A stretch of 64,000 nucleotides of DNA from the IMG/VR virus record IMGVR_UViG_3300032093_000109, positions 1,314-65,313 of that record; one strand, written 5' to 3'. The first letter of the stretch is position 1, and every line of letters starts with the position of its first letter. This document shows, piece by piece, positions 63,266 through 64,000 of the stretch. The DNA comes from a virus (lineage: Duplodnaviria; Caudoviricetes). Position numbers and translations under genes: made by a program. The notes beneath the pieces are model-generated. The model did no database searches. It was given only the letters and a program-made list of their open reading frames with translations, and was not told where the DNA came from.

Positions 63266-64000
63266 TTAGAGCTCCGCTGTTGCTTGGTAGTCCCATCTGC
63301 CATTCCAGTACCCGCCCGAAAAAGATGTGTAACCTCTGAACCTAAGCGACCGTGTGGTAATTGTATTGAGCCCACCGTCTACAGCGGCGTCATTGTTGAT
63401 GAATGTGTATGTTACGGTTGGTGCCGCACGCATTTCTATGGGCAGCGCCTCGCTAATGCTCATGCGTTGCTCGCCCGCCGTGCCACCATTCTGCACCCCA
63501 AACAAATACCCCGGAGCAATAATCCCTGCAACATAATACCGCTGGCACAACGCCAGCTCATTCGTGTACATCTTGCGCTCAAACGGCGTGGCGACCGACC
63601 CCGCCTCAATCTGGACGCCTGTGACGTAGAAAGTGGCTCCGCTTGTGGAGACAACATTAACCGAACCAGTTGGGGCTATCCCAAACGTCGATGACCAAGT
63701 ATTGGCTGCTATGAGGTTATTTGACCCCGAGCCAAGAGAGAAAATAACTCGAACACCAACGCCGTTGGTTGTCAGCCAAGTCCCTGTGGTATCCCCTGCA
63801 ATCGTTATAGTTTTCTGCTCCCATGTATTAGCTGCGCTGATCGAAAAGCTAAACGCATAAGAACGGTTGTATGCGCCGTTTAAGATGACTCCGCCAAAAC
63901 TTCCTGTCAAAGAGCTGCGAACCCGAAACGACAACGTAACGGATTGCGCACTTGCGGTGCCCCATGCCAAGTCAGAAGTGTTGAACCCCTCAACTGGCTG
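63266..64000 (-). CDS. tail fibre / receptor-binding protein, paralog of 61298..62326 (5' part outside window)
   Basis: Frame open to the window edge ([14 protein letters not shown]...); [15 protein letters not shown]...ELALCQRYY. Confidence 0.8.
   Translation of the reverse strand, partial: QPVEGFNTSDLAWGTASAQSVTLSFRVRSSLTGSFGGVILNGAYNRSYAFSFSISAANTWEQKTITIAGDTTGTWLTTNGVGVRVIFSLGSGSNNLIAANTWSSTFGIAPTGSVNVVSTSGATFYVTGVQIEAGSVATPFERKMYTNELALCQRYYVAGIIAPGYLFGVQNGGTAGEQRMSISEALPIEMRAAPTVTYTFINNDAAVDGGLNTITTRSLRFRGYTSFSGGYWNGRWDYQATAEL

Noticed and set aside
61104-64000. Diversity-generating retroelement (TR/VR pair)
   Set aside because: No reverse transcriptase seen; differences between the paralogs are not adenine-specific and both copies are coding
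1-64000. tRNA genes, introns/inteins, integrase, stop-codon reassignment
   Set aside because: No tRNA-like arms noticed; polA, terL and helicase are uninterrupted and of normal length; all three stop codons behave normally. This was checked by eye only

Overview
The whole window is a tailed dsDNA phage (podovirus-like Caudoviricetes; a betaproteobacterial/freshwater-type host is my inference), probably most of a circularly permuted genome, since both window ends fall in tail/fibre genes on the minus strand. Left arm (1-17042, minus): terS, terL, portal, GroES, scaffold, Mu-gpT-like major capsid, small basic proteins and head-tail/tail genes. Middle (17.5-39.8 kb, plus): a probable origin, many small early genes, an M28 peptidase, and a replication module (DUF3310, VRR-NUC, PolA, Cas4-like nuclease, SNF2 helicase, SSB, Cro-like HTH, primase-helicase). 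Right arm (39.8-64 kb, minus): a 2914-aa polyvalent protein, ejection proteins, nozzle, lysis cassette and tail fibres. Four HNH endonuclease genes are present. The most notable signals are non-coding. (1) A ~80-nt two-hairpin sRNA (17090-17171) whose single-stranded core is complementary to a repeated RBS/gene-junction sequence used across the early/middle genes. (2) A ~140-nt doubly pseudoknotted RNA upstream of the replication operon. (3) Five identical-stem palindromes punctuating the earliest genes. (4) A second operator-like motif at three promoters. (5) Synonymously recoded patches beside HNH genes. All family assignments are from motif recognition by eye; no searches were run.
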